Assembly (NCBI GenBank): GCA_905203475.1
Contig: CAJKWD010000001.1
Span: forward strand, 15,599 to 79,598
Source: an uncultured Acholeplasmataceae bacterium
GTDB lineage: Bacteria > Bacillota_I > Bacilli_A > RF39 > UBA660
Length of the DNA: 64,000 nucleotides
Direction of reading: 5' to 3'
Notes under the pieces: model-generated
Seen by the model: the letters and a program-made list of their open reading frames with translations, nothing else
What the model was told of the DNA's origin: nothing
Database searches by the model: none
Translations under genes and position numbers: made by a program
In this document: positions 50,495-60,635 of the stretch, one piece after another
Layout of the letters: every line of letters starts with the position of its first letter
Numbering within the stretch: position 1 is the first letter of the stretch

Positions 50495-52052
50495 GATGAA
50501 TTTCTTCTAACTTCTTTTCTTTATCAATACGTGCAAACAATGGATGAGCCTCTCCTACAGTGATTGATTCTCCTAAACCATCAAATTGATCTAATGATGT
50601 AAAAGAAGTATTTGTTGTATTTAATTGTTCAAAAATAGATTGTGCAGTATCAGGTAAGAAAGCTTGTAATAATACCGCTCCATGACGAATTCCTTCTAAC
50701 AATAGATATAAAACATTATTCAATCTTTCCTTTTGTGATTCATCTTTTGCTAAAGTCCATGGGGTTGTCTCATCAATAAATTTATTACAACGTCTAAATA
50801 AATTAAATATTGCTTCTATAGCGTCGGCAACACGTAATTCATCCATTTTAGCAATCACTTCTTGTTTTGTATCTAAAATCGTTTTCTTAAATGATTCATC
50901 TAGTTCTGTATATTCTGTTGGAACAGTCACCGTTCCTTGAAAATATTTATGTGCCATACTTATTGTACGATTTACTAGATTACCTAATACATTTGCTAAA
51001 TCAGAATTAATTCTTTCTATTAACAATTCATAAGTAATAGTTCCATCACTTGCAAATGGAATTTCGTGTAATAAATAATAACGTACGGCATCTACTCCAA
51101 AATAACGCACTAAATCATCAGCATACATGATATTTCCTTTAGACTTACTCATCTTATCTTCACCCACTAAAATCCATGGATGGCCAAATATTTTCTTTGG
51201 TAGTGGTAAATCTAGAGCCATTAACATAATCGGCCAATAAATTGTATGAAATCTTAGAATATCTTTTCCAATTAAATGAACATCAGCTGGCCAATATTTT
51301 TTAAATTTCTCATCGTGATTTCCATGAATATCATACCCTAAAAAAGTGATATAATTACTTAATGCATCAATCCAAACATATACAACATGCTTTTTATCGA
51401 ATGTAACTGGTACTCCCCAGTCAAATGATGTTCTTGAAACACATAAATCTTGTAATCCAGGTTTTATAAAATTATTCATAATTTCATTTTTTCGTGCTTC
51501 TGGTTGTATAAAATCAGGATGTGTTTCAATATACTCTTCTAAACGCTTGGCATACTTGTCTAAACGAAAGAAATATGCTTCTTCACTTGCTTTTTTTACT
51601 TCACGACCACAATCCGGGCATTTCCCATCTACTAATTGTGATTCAGTAAAGAATGATTCACATGGGGTACAGTATAACCCTTCATATACCCCCTTATAGA
51701 TATCGCCTTGTTGATATAATCTCTCAAATATCTCAGATACTTTTTTCATATGTTCTTTGTCTGTTGTACGAACAAACTTATCATAACTCGTATTCATACA
51801 ATCCCAAATTTGGTGTACTTCTGAAGCAATTTCATCAACAAACTCCTGTGGATTTTTACCTGCTTCTTTCGCTTTTAATTCAATTTTTTCACCATGTTCA
51901 TCTGTTCCTGTTTGAAAATATACGTCATATCCTTCCAAACGTTTAAATCTTGCAATCGCATCTGCTAATACAATTTCATAAGTATTTCCAATATGTGGTT
52001 TTGCAGAAGTATATGCGATTGCTGTTGATATATAATATTTTTTCTTTTCCAT
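50481..52052 (-). CDS. metG: Methionine--tRNA ligase (short form)
   Basis: TAIAYTSAKPHIGNTYE HIGH region, KMSKS. The start is placed at the ATG with a GGAGTGAG RBS. The longer listed ORF would overlap dut by 62 nt. Confidence 0.9.
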   Translation of the reverse strand: MEKKKYYISTAIAYTSAKPHIGNTYEIVLADAIARFKRLEGYDVYFQTGTDEHGEKIELKAKEAGKNPQEFVDEIASEVHQIWDCMNTSYDKFVRTTDKEHMKKVSEIFERLYQQGDIYKGVYEGLYCTPCESFFTESQLVDGKCPDCGREVKKASEEAYFFRLDKYAKRLEEYIETHPDFIQPEARKNEIMNNFIKPGLQDLCVSRTSFDWGVPVTFDKKHVVYVWIDALSNYITFLGYDIHGNHDEKFKKYWPADVHLIGKDILRFHTIYWPIMLMALDLPLPKKIFGHPWILVGEDKMSKSKGNIMYADDLVRYFGVDAVRYYLLHEIPFASDGTITYELLIERINSDLANVLGNLVNRTISMAHKYFQGTVTVPTEYTELDESFKKTILDTKQEVIAKMDELRVADAIEAIFNLFRRCNKFIDETTPWTLAKDESQKERLNNVLYLLLEGIRHGAVLLQAFLPDTAQSIFEQLNTTNTSFTSLDQFDGLGESITVGEAHPLFARIDKEKKLEEIHQNTK

Positions 52053-52056
52053 ATTC

Positions 52057-52539
52057 TCACTCCTTATTCGTTGAACCAAATCCATAGGTTCTTTCTCTTT
52101 GAATTTCTTGTTCATCATTAACGGTTAAAAACTTTTGAAAAATACCTTGTCCAAAAGCTTCTCCCTTTTTTACAGTATATGTTTTATTACTAGTATTGTA
52201 TAGTGTAATTGAAAAATGGCCTTCATTTGTAGGGTTATTATAAAAATCACTATCAATAATTCCTACTCCATTAGACATCCGTACACCATGTTTAATTCCC
52301 ATACTACTACGAACATATAACATAAGAACTTCATCTGTTTCCATCTGTGCTTTCACACCTGTAAAAATTCTTTTTTGTTCCCCAGGTTCAATGGAAAAAT
52401 CATAGATAGCTTTAAAGTCATAACCAGCACTGTGCTTTGTACTTCTTGTTGGTAATTCATATATTTGATATGTTTCTTTATCATCTTTAAAATCTTTTTT
52501 AAATTGCTCAAAACTAATTTTTTCAAAACATCTTCCCAT
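52057..52539 (-). CDS. dut: dUTP diphosphatase
   Basis: SAGYDF motif I, VRSSMGIKHG motif II, GIIDSDF motif III. Confidence 0.75.
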   Translation of the reverse strand: MGRCFEKISFEQFKKDFKDDKETYQIYELPTRSTKHSAGYDFKAIYDFSIEPGEQKRIFTGVKAQMETDEVLMLYVRSSMGIKHGVRMSNGVGIIDSDFYNNPTNEGHFSITLYNTSNKTYTVKKGEAFGQGIFQKFLTVNDEQEIQRERTYGFGSTNKE

Positions 52540-52544
52540 AATTA

Positions 52545-52771
52545 CCTCCTAAAAAAAATCACATCCTAATATAAGGACGTGAAATACGTGGTACCACCTT
52601 AATTCATAGTCGAAACTACCTCTAGTTGTTAACAGGCACTACCCGTATCATCCTACTTATCGAATCATCAACTCCAGAACCATTTCCAGCTATTTCCTTT
52701 TATTCATTTCCACCATACATGAACTCTCTTTAAAAAATACTTTAGCCTTTCTTTCTTTCAACGTTTTTACA
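52545..52771 (-). ncRNA. T-box riboswitch leader, Met-specific, upstream of dut-metG
   Basis: The minus-strand RNA contains an AGAGAG element and a candidate specifier loop GGAAAUGAAU with an AUG codon. It has the conserved T-box sequence AAUUAAGGUGGUACCACG. A terminator hairpin cacgucc-uuauauua-ggaugug is followed by U8. Confidence 0.75.
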
Positions 52772-52777
52772 TGACTG

Positions 52778-52806
52778 ATTATATCACATCATTTCTTATT
52801 TGCCAA
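52778..52806 (-). promoter_or_regulatory. Sigma-A promoter driving the T-box leader
   Basis: TTGGCA, 17 nt, TATAAT on the minus strand. Confidence 0.6.
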
Positions 52807-52810
52807 GAAT

Positions 52811-53341
52811 TTAATTTTCTAATTGTTTCGATAAAACTTGTGCCGTTAATTCTACAATGTTTCGATCTAATTCATCCATATGATCATTTCCATATGTAAA
52901 TACTAACCCTGCCGCATCACCATTAGCAATAATTGTGGCATAGGAAAAGCATACTTCCATTTCTTGATTTTCTACTAACTGTATCTTTTTTTTGCTTTTT
53001 TCTAACATCTTATCACGACGAGAAATAATATCTTTTAATTGTTCACTAATTGGTTTTTGCACTAGTATTTCTTTATCAACACCTGCCATAGCAATTACTT
53101 TATCAGTATCAGTAATCATAACACTATGTCTGGTTAAATGTGATATAGCATCAACAAATGCTTGTGCTTCTTCTTCAAAATGATTCATTGCAAAGTATTT
53201 TTTTAGAACAATATTTTCTTGGTTATCTAAAAATATTTCTAAGCTTTCACCTTCTCTAATTCGCAATGTTTTTCTAATTTCTTTAGGAATTACAATTCGA
53301 CCTAATTCATCAATTCTTCTTACAACTCCAGTTGCTTTCAT
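52811..53341 (-). CDS. spoVT: Stage V sporulation protein T-like regulator (AbrB-N domain plus GAF domain)
   Basis: MKATGVVRRIDELGRIVIPKEIRKTLRIREGESLEIF is nearly identical in pattern to B. subtilis SpoVT. The 176-aa length and the position next to mfd match. Confidence 0.8.
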   Translation of the reverse strand: MKATGVVRRIDELGRIVIPKEIRKTLRIREGESLEIFLDNQENIVLKKYFAMNHFEEEAQAFVDAISHLTRHSVMITDTDKVIAMAGVDKEILVQKPISEQLKDIISRRDKMLEKSKKKIQLVENQEMEVCFSYATIIANGDAAGLVFTYGNDHMDELDRNIVELTAQVLSKQLEN

Positions 53342-53392
53342 AACTTCCTCGCTTTCTAATGTATAGAATGTGTTAAAATTAACAATTTATAC

Positions 53393-53421
53393 TTATCACA
53401 ACAAAATATTTGTGCTATAAT
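53393..53421 (+). promoter_or_regulatory. Putative promoter for the CBS-PPase gene
   Basis: TTATCA, 17 nt, TGcTATAAT. An AAAGGAGG RBS is present. Confidence 0.5.
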
Positions 53422-53458
53422 AAATAAACCACTTTTGGCGTAAAAAAGGAGGAAAATT

Positions 53459-55075
53459 ATGAATCAAACATTTATTTTTGGACATAAAAAACCAGATACT
53501 GATAGTGTTACAGCATCGATCACTTTGTCTTATTTAAAAAACCAACTCGGATATCATACAGAACCACGTGTTTTAGGAGATATCAATAATGAATCTAAAT
53601 TTGTACTAAAATATTTTAACGAAAAACAACCGAAATATTTAAATGATGTAAAATTACAAATTAAAGACTTTGACTATCAAAAAGATAATTTTATTTTTCA
53701 CAATGAATCAATTTATGCATCTTTTTTCCATATGTTAAAAAGTCAAGCAACAACACTACCTATAGTAGATGATAAGAAAAAACTACTAGGAATTGTATCT
53801 ATGAAAAGTATTGCTGCTGAACAAATTGTTGGTGATTTAGCACACTTAGAAACTTCATATCAAAATATTCAATCAATTTTAAATGGAGAACAAATTTTAA
53901 ATTTTGATGAGGAAATTAGTGGGAACACATTAATTGCTTCTTATCGTAGTACCACCTTTTTGGAAAATATTGATATTCAAAGTGATACCATTTTAATAGT
54001 TGGAGATAGACATAGTATTATAGAACACGCAGTTATAAATCATGCAAAATTAATTATTATTACGGGAAATGGATTAATTAAAGAAGAACATTTAGCAATC
54101 GCTAAACAAAATCATGTTAATATTATTCGTACAAGTATGGATACATTTAGTGTCGCTAAAGTAATAGGACTCAGTAATTACGTATCAACAATTGTTCACT
54201 CAGACAGTGTCATTGCAGTAAATGAAAATGATTATGTAAATGATATTACCGAATTATCTAAAAAACATCGTTATAGCAATTATCCAGTTATAGATAATAA
54301 TGGTGTATGTCTTGGATTATTCCGTTTAGCAGATATGAATGATAAAAAGCCAAAGCAAGTTATCTTAGTAGATCATAATGAAGCTGAACAATCAGTAGAT
54401 GGTTTAGAAGAAGCCGAAATTTTAGAAATTGTCGATCATCATAAAATAGGTACTATTGGGACATCTATGCCCATTAACTTTAGAAATATGCCAGTAGGTA
54501 GTTCTAATACAATTATTTATTTAATGTATCGTGAAAATCATATAGAAATACCAAAAAATATTGCTGGATTAATGGTTTCAGGAATTATATCAGATACTTT
54601 ACTTATGAAGTCTCCGACAACTACAGAATTAGATAAAAGAGCAATTGAAGAACTTTCAAAAATAGCGGAAATTAATGCATCAGATTATGCTTATGAAATG
54701 TTTAAAGCAGGTTCTTCTATTAAGGGAATGACAGAAGAAGAAATTCTATATAATGATTTTAAAAACTTTAAAATTGACAATGCTAAAATAGGAATTGGTC
54801 AAATTTTTACATTAAATATTGAAGAAATTAAAAAGAATGAACAAAAGTTTATTGATCTGATCGAAAGAGTATCAACGCATAATGATTATGCAGTTGTTGG
54901 ACTGTTTGTCACTGATATTATGAAAAACGGATCTTATATTTACTTTAACTCTAAAGCACAAGATATTTTCAAAGATGCATTCTATTTAAATGAGATCAAA
55001 CAAGGGGAATATCTAGACCATATTATATCTAGAAAAAAACAAATTATTCCAAATATTATGAGAGTCATGGATTAA
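53459..55075 (+). CDS. CBS-domain-containing family II (DHH-DHHA2) inorganic pyrophosphatase
   Basis: FGHKKPDTDSVTASI DHH motif, a central CBS pair, and a C-terminal DHHA2. 538 aa. Confidence 0.75.
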   Translation: MNQTFIFGHKKPDTDSVTASITLSYLKNQLGYHTEPRVLGDINNESKFVLKYFNEKQPKYLNDVKLQIKDFDYQKDNFIFHNESIYASFFHMLKSQATTLPIVDDKKKLLGIVSMKSIAAEQIVGDLAHLETSYQNIQSILNGEQILNFDEEISGNTLIASYRSTTFLENIDIQSDTILIVGDRHSIIEHAVINHAKLIIITGNGLIKEEHLAIAKQNHVNIIRTSMDTFSVAKVIGLSNYVSTIVHSDSVIAVNENDYVNDITELSKKHRYSNYPVIDNNGVCLGLFRLADMNDKKPKQVILVDHNEAEQSVDGLEEAEILEIVDHHKIGTIGTSMPINFRNMPVGSSNTIIYLMYRENHIEIPKNIAGLMVSGIISDTLLMKSPTTTELDKRAIEELSKIAEINASDYAYEMFKAGSSIKGMTEEEILYNDFKNFKIDNAKIGIGQIFTLNIEEIKKNEQKFIDLIERVSTHNDYAVVGLFVTDIMKNGSYIYFNSKAQDIFKDAFYLNEIKQGEYLDHIISRKKQIIPNIMRVMD

Positions 55076-55085
55076 TTCTATGACT

Positions 55086-55137
55086 TTTTTTATTTCCCAG
55101 GAAATAAAAAAACACACAATTATTGTGTGTTTTTATT
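55086..55137. terminator. Two tandem bidirectional hairpins between convergent genes
   Basis: atttcc-ca-ggaaat and acacacaa-tt-attgtgtgt, flanked by A and T runs. Confidence 0.5.
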
Positions 55138-58100
55138 CACCTGTTCTTGAATGACTTTTAACATTTCTATTAAATAATAAATAAAATGTTTTTCTAACTT
55201 AACGGTATCCAATGTAATCATTAAATTTTTACCTCGCATTGCAAAGCGAAACATTTTAGAAATATTACTAATTCCAAAGAACAATTGATCTCCCTTTAAC
55301 TTTGATAGTAATATTGCGGGAATTGTTATTTCTATAAAGTTTTTCGTCTGTCGAACTTGTTTAATTCCTAAATTTGATGCAATTTTCTCAAACCATTCTT
55401 CATACATATAAATTAACATATCATCTGTAATATGACCAAATCGATCTTCCAAGTCGGCTCTAACTTCTTTTAATTTATCATATGAATCTATGGTATTAAT
55501 TTGTTTATGAATCTCTATCTTTAACTCTTCTTCCTCTACATAATTATCACTAATCGTTGTAGATACATCTAATAATGGTTGAGTTACTTGTTCCTCTTCA
55601 TCATGAGTAACTGTTTTACCCTGTAATTTTTGAATTTCATCGTTCAACATTTTTAAGAACAATTCAATTCCAATTGTATCAATAAAACCTGCCTGTTCAC
55701 TCCCTAAAATATCACCTGCTCCACGAATAGATAAATCTCTCATTGCTATAGAAAAACCACTTCCTAATTCTGTAAACTCTTTAATCACATTAAGTCGTTT
55801 CTTCGCCGTTTCTGATAAGACACGAGAAGCATTATACATTAAATAACAATAAGCAATCTTATCACTACGACCTACTCTTCCACGAATCTGATATAGTTGA
55901 GACAATCCAAAATGATCAGCACCCATAATGATTAAAGTATTTACGTTAGGAATATCTATTCCTGTTTCAATAATGGTAGTACAAACTAATATGTCGTATT
56001 CGTGATCGACAAATTTCTGCATAACATTTTCTAATTCGTGTTTATCCATTCTACCATGAGCAGATATAACCTTTGCATCAGGTGCTAATCTTTCTATTTC
56101 AGCCACTTTCGCATGCATATCATCTATATGATTATATAAAATAAATACTTGTCCATTACGTGATAATTCCTTATATATCGCATCTTTTAACAACGGTTTG
56201 TTATAACCAACAACATATGTTTGAACAGGATAACGATTCACTGGTGGTGTTTCAATTAATGATAAACTACGTACTCCAGCCATTGAAAGTTGCAATGTTC
56301 GAGGAATTGGGGTTGCAGATAGAGTTAAAACATCAATTGTATTACGATATTGTTTAATCTTCTCTTTATGTTTAACTCCAAAACGCTGTTCTTCATCAAT
56401 TACCAACAAACCTAAATCTTTAAATTTGACATCATCACTTAATATTCTATGTGTACCAATTAAAATATCTACTTTTCCTTCTCTTAAATCATTCAAAATT
56501 TGTTTTGCTTCCTTATTTGATACAAAACGATTCAATAGTACAATACGCACAGGAAAATTAGAAAAACGATTAATTGCATTTTGATAATGTTGTTTTGACA
56601 AAATTGTAGTTGGGCATAAAAATGCTACTTGCTTTCCACTTAGAACTGCTTTAAACATTGCACGAAAAGCAACTTCTGTCTTACCAAACCCAACATCTCC
56701 ACAAAGTAATCGATCCATAGGATGAGGAGATTCCATATCTTTTTTTATTTCTTCTGATACTTTTAATTGATCTGTTGTCTCTTCATATGGAAAATCTTTT
56801 TCAAAAGCAATTTGATCTTCATCATCTGGAAGAAATGCAAATCCTGGTTTTGCTTCACGTAAGGCATACATTTCCAATAATTGACCAGCAATATTTTCTA
56901 TCTTTTTTCGTACACGTAGTTTCGTTTTGGCCCATTCACTTCCACCTAACTTATTTAAGCGCGGAATACTGCCTTCACTAGATGAATACTTACTGATAGA
57001 ATCAATTTTTTCTACAGGAATATATAACTTATCTTGATCTTTATATTCAACCATTAAGTAATCTTTTTTTAATCCGTTTTTTAAAAGCGTTTTTAATCCA
57101 ATATATCTTCCTATACCATGAACATTATGAACAATATAATCTCCTATTTGTAACTTATTAATATCACGTATTTTCGTTCCAAACTTAAAATTTGTTTTAT
57201 ATTTTACCCGATCTATTTTTTTATGAAACAATTCATGTTCTGTTAAAACAATCAAATCTTTGATTTGGAATCCTTTGGTAAGTGGGAAAATAATAGCGTT
57301 GATTTTACCATTTACGATATGTTTATCATCCACAAATAAAATATCATTTTCACCCAGTGATTCAATAACATGATTTACCTGATAACGGTCTTTTAAAGCT
57401 AAAACAACTGTCATTTTCTGTTTCTTCTTCTCTAAAAGAAATAACCTAATATCTTCCATTTTACTAGGTAACATTGAAATATCCTTGGTATCAAATTGTT
57501 GTAATAATCTCTTATCAGAAACATTTTCTACACCTAAATAATAAAAATGATGTTTTATTTTTCTATCTAAGTCGTAAAAATCATGCATATATTTTGTATT
57601 ACCATCAAGTTCCATACTAATATTGTAGTGATAAATTTCATCTAATAAATTTTCATAACTAACTTTTAATTGTTGGTAATCTGCATAAACAACCATACAA
57701 TCTTTTAGATAATCACAAATTGCACTTACATTTCCATATTCAGGTAATAATCTTTGATGAACATTTTCTATATTTACAGTATTTGAAGTTAAAAATTCTG
57801 TATTTGGATAAATTGTTACTTTCTCATATGTTTTCAATGTATGTTGACTATCTACTTCAAAAGTACGAATAGAATCGACTGTATCGCCCCAAAATTCAAT
57901 ACGAATTGGATGATTCATTCCCATCGGAAAAACGTCTATCACAAATCCACGTACAGCCATTTCACCTGTTTTATTGACTAAAGTTTCCCTTTGATAACCC
58001 ATTTGATATAACTTTTCGATTAAAGCATTCATTTGATAATCACAATTTTGCTGAATTGTTAAAAAATGATTTTTATATACACTAGTAGTTGGTAAATATC

Positions 58101-58434
58101 TTAAATACCCCATTAAGTTTGTAACAACTATCTTAGGACTATCTGATAAGGCACTTAGCATAGTTTCTAAACGTGTAATTTTAAATTCTGGAGAAATTGC
58201 TAATGCCTCACTTGTTAAAAAATCATCCATGGGAAACAGATAAACATGATCTGTATAATCAGATATCATTTGATAATATTTATTGGCTTCAAATAAAGAA
58301 CTAGTAACTAATAAAATATTTCTATTTTTCTGTTTTAATACTGCAGATAAATAATAACAAAATAATTCATCTGTCAAGCCTGTCACGCCATCTACGTGTT
58401 CATCAATAGATATATATTTTTCTAAATACTTCAT
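55120..58434 (-). CDS. mfd: Transcription-repair coupling factor
   Basis: 1104 aa. GDVGFGKTEVA, DEEQRFGV. Confidence 0.95.
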   Translation of the reverse strand: MKYLEKYISIDEHVDGVTGLTDELFCYYLSAVLKQKNRNILLVTSSLFEANKYYQMISDYTDHVYLFPMDDFLTSEALAISPEFKITRLETMLSALSDSPKIVVTNLMGYLRYLPTTSVYKNHFLTIQQNCDYQMNALIEKLYQMGYQRETLVNKTGEMAVRGFVIDVFPMGMNHPIRIEFWGDTVDSIRTFEVDSQHTLKTYEKVTIYPNTEFLTSNTVNIENVHQRLLPEYGNVSAICDYLKDCMVVYADYQQLKVSYENLLDEIYHYNISMELDGNTKYMHDFYDLDRKIKHHFYYLGVENVSDKRLLQQFDTKDISMLPSKMEDIRLFLLEKKKQKMTVVLALKDRYQVNHVIESLGENDILFVDDKHIVNGKINAIIFPLTKGFQIKDLIVLTEHELFHKKIDRVKYKTNFKFGTKIRDINKLQIGDYIVHNVHGIGRYIGLKTLLKNGLKKDYLMVEYKDQDKLYIPVEKIDSISKYSSSEGSIPRLNKLGGSEWAKTKLRVRKKIENIAGQLLEMYALREAKPGFAFLPDDEDQIAFEKDFPYEETTDQLKVSEEIKKDMESPHPMDRLLCGDVGFGKTEVAFRAMFKAVLSGKQVAFLCPTTILSKQHYQNAINRFSNFPVRIVLLNRFVSNKEAKQILNDLREGKVDILIGTHRILSDDVKFKDLGLLVIDEEQRFGVKHKEKIKQYRNTIDVLTLSATPIPRTLQLSMAGVRSLSLIETPPVNRYPVQTYVVGYNKPLLKDAIYKELSRNGQVFILYNHIDDMHAKVAEIERLAPDAKVISAHGRMDKHELENVMQKFVDHEYDILVCTTIIETGIDIPNVNTLIIMGADHFGLSQLYQIRGRVGRSDKIAYCYLMYNASRVLSETAKKRLNVIKEFTELGSGFSIAMRDLSIRGAGDILGSEQAGFIDTIGIELFLKMLNDEIQKLQGKTVTHDEEEQVTQPLLDVSTTISDNYVEEEELKIEIHKQINTIDSYDKLKEVRADLEDRFGHITDDMLIYMYEEWFEKIASNLGIKQVRQTKNFIEITIPAILLSKLKGDQLFFGISNISKMFRFAMRGKNLMITLDTVKLEKHFIYYLIEMLKVIQEQVNKNTQ

Positions 58435-58483
58435 AATATTTCACCTCCTAAACACGGAAAAAAGGACACATTTTTGTATCCGA

Positions 58484-59044
58484 CTACTTTTTATTATACT
58501 TATTCATTAAATTATCAAATGACAATACAAAATAATCATTTAATAACTGAATACCTTGTTCCATGACAAGTTGGATTTGTTCTTGCTCTTCCTTTGCCAA
58601 CTTGCCTAACACATAATCTTTACCATCTATCCTTTTATTATTAGAAATACCAATCTTATAACGATTATATTCATTGGTATGAAGATGGAATTCAATATTT
58701 TTTAATCCATTATGTCCTCCAGAACTCCCTTTTTTCTTTAGTTTTATTTTTCCCACTGGAGTATCTAAATCATCACAAATAACTAGTAAATTAGAAATAG
58801 GAATTTTATAAAAATTTATAAATTTTTGAATAACTTCTCCCGATAAATTCATATAGCTTTGTGGTTTTAATAAAATTACTTTTTCTTGATGAATGAATAA
58901 TTCACAATACTTACCACCAAACTTTTCTCGATCCAATGAAACATGATGAGAAGAAGCAAATAAATCGATTTGATCAAATCCCATATTATGTCTTGTATGT
59001 TCATATTCTTTTCCCGGATTTCCTAATCCCACAATTAGTCGCAT
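58484..59044 (-). CDS. pth: Peptidyl-tRNA hydrolase
   Basis: MRLIVGLGNPGKEYEHTRHNMGF. Confidence 0.95.
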   Translation of the reverse strand: MRLIVGLGNPGKEYEHTRHNMGFDQIDLFASSHHVSLDREKFGGKYCELFIHQEKVILLKPQSYMNLSGEVIQKFINFYKIPISNLLVICDDLDTPVGKIKLKKKGSSGGHNGLKNIEFHLHTNEYNRYKIGISNNKRIDGKDYVLGKLAKEEQEQIQLVMEQGIQLLNDYFVLSFDNLMNKYNKK

Positions 59045-59907
59045 GTATGATCCTCCTTCCCCTTTTCATTGTGATAAACCTGATATACCTCTTTCTTACT
59101 CATACCACGCTCTTTACTCACTTTTTTAATTGCATCCATTGTTGCTAATCCTTCTTTCATGTATAAATTAACATGCTCTATAATGCCAATTGCAAATGTA
59201 GTATCCGGATTTTTATTTCCCTCTACCAATAACACAATTTCACCTTTCATATCTTTGACATATGTTAAAATTTCTGAAATTGTACCACGATAAACAGTCT
59301 CAAATTTTTTACTTATTTCACGGGCAATACAAATATGACGATCGCCTAATATTTCATACATTTGTTGTAATGTTTTAGCAATACGGTGTGGAGCCTCATA
59401 AAAGATCATAGTATGTGGAAAATTCTTTAATTGTCTTATTTCTTCTTTTCTTTTACTATCTTTGTTGTGCAAAAAACCATAAAAATAAAAGGGTTGTGGT
59501 TCTAAACCAGACATAATTAAAGCAGGAACAAAGGCAGTTGGTCCAGGTAACCCGACAACAGCATATCCATGCTTAATTGCCGTTTGAGCTAAAAAATACC
59601 CCGGATCACTAATAATAGGAGTTCCACGATCACTGACAATTCCAATACTCTTTCCTTCTTCTAAATAAGAAAGAAACTTGCTTTCATTCTTTTCTTCGTT
59701 AAATTTATGACTAGAATACAATTTCTTTTTCAAATTGAAATGATTCAAAAGTAATGATGTTACTCTTGTATCTTCACAAAAAATAACATCTACTTTTTTT
59801 AGTACTTCCATAGCACGAATTGTAATATCATCTAAATTACCAATTGGCGTTGGAATTAAATATACAATTGCTTCACTTTGATAACTATTTTGTATCATAC
59901 ACATCAT
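59035..59907 (-). CDS. rsmI: 16S rRNA (cytidine1402-2'-O)-methyltransferase
   Basis: IPTPIGNLDDIT...FCEDTR. Confidence 0.85.
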   Translation of the reverse strand: MMCMIQNSYQSEAIVYLIPTPIGNLDDITIRAMEVLKKVDVIFCEDTRVTSLLLNHFNLKKKLYSSHKFNEEKNESKFLSYLEEGKSIGIVSDRGTPIISDPGYFLAQTAIKHGYAVVGLPGPTAFVPALIMSGLEPQPFYFYGFLHNKDSKRKEEIRQLKNFPHTMIFYEAPHRIAKTLQQMYEILGDRHICIAREISKKFETVYRGTISEILTYVKDMKGEIVLLVEGNKNPDTTFAIGIIEHVNLYMKEGLATMDAIKKVSKERGMSKKEVYQVYHNEKGKEDHTCD

Positions 59908-60635
59908 CCATTCATACGTAAAAATTTCTTTAACTCATCGGAATATTCATGATTTTCATTATGAGAATAGATTGGATTTAATATTTTTAATCCCGGTTTT
60001 CCATTCTTCATACCTTCTATTAACAATATATTTGCATCTTTTCCTCTTTTAGGGTAAATAAGAAGCATTTTCTTTGGCTCAATATTATTTTTTCTCATCA
60101 TTGTAATAATATCTACTAAACGCTCTGGTCTTTGCACAAGAGCTAGTATACCATTATTTTTTAATAATTTTCTACTAATTTTCATAACATCTTCCATTTT
60201 TAACATTTTATCATGACGAGCAATTGTCTTTTGTTGATCTTCATTTACAATAGACGAATCATGATATTCAAAATATGGAGGATTACAAGTAATCACATCA
60301 TATTCCTCGTGATCGAATAATGTAGCATAATGATGTATATCGTCATGAATAACCTGAATTTGGTCTTCTTTATGATTTAATTGAACACTCTTTTTAGCCA
60401 TTTGATATGCTTCTTCCTGTATTTCTACACCATCTATATGAGCTTTACTACGTTCTGACAAAATCAAAGGAATAGGCGCATTTCCACAACCAATATCCAA
60501 TATTTTCTTTGTTCTTAAATTCAATGTCACAAAATTGGGTAATAACATAGAATCAAGGGAAAATGAAAAACATTTGTTATTTTGAACAATTTTTAAATTT
60601 TCTCTTCCAACTAAATAATGTATTTCTTCTTTCAT
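59904..60635 (-). CDS. tRNA1(Val) (adenine37-N6)-methyltransferase-like protein, YabB/TrmN6 family
   Basis: LDIGCGNAPIPL and the CNPPYF motif. Confidence 0.75.
   Translation of the reverse strand: MKEEIHYLVGRENLKIVQNNKCFSFSLDSMLLPNFVTLNLRTKKILDIGCGNAPIPLILSERSKAHIDGVEIQEEAYQMAKKSVQLNHKEDQIQVIHDDIHHYATLFDHEEYDVITCNPPYFEYHDSSIVNEDQQKTIARHDKMLKMEDVMKISRKLLKNNGILALVQRPERLVDIITMMRKNNIEPKKMLLIYPKRGKDANILLIEGMKNGKPGLKILNPIYSHNENHEYSDELKKFLRMNG

Noticed and set aside
50229-50510. 93-aa plus-strand ORF in the tatD to metG intergenic region
   Set aside because: Its translation is low-complexity and I/F-rich. It overlaps the metG terminator and 3' end. The minus-strand 56-aa ORF with an RBS is the more credible gene here.
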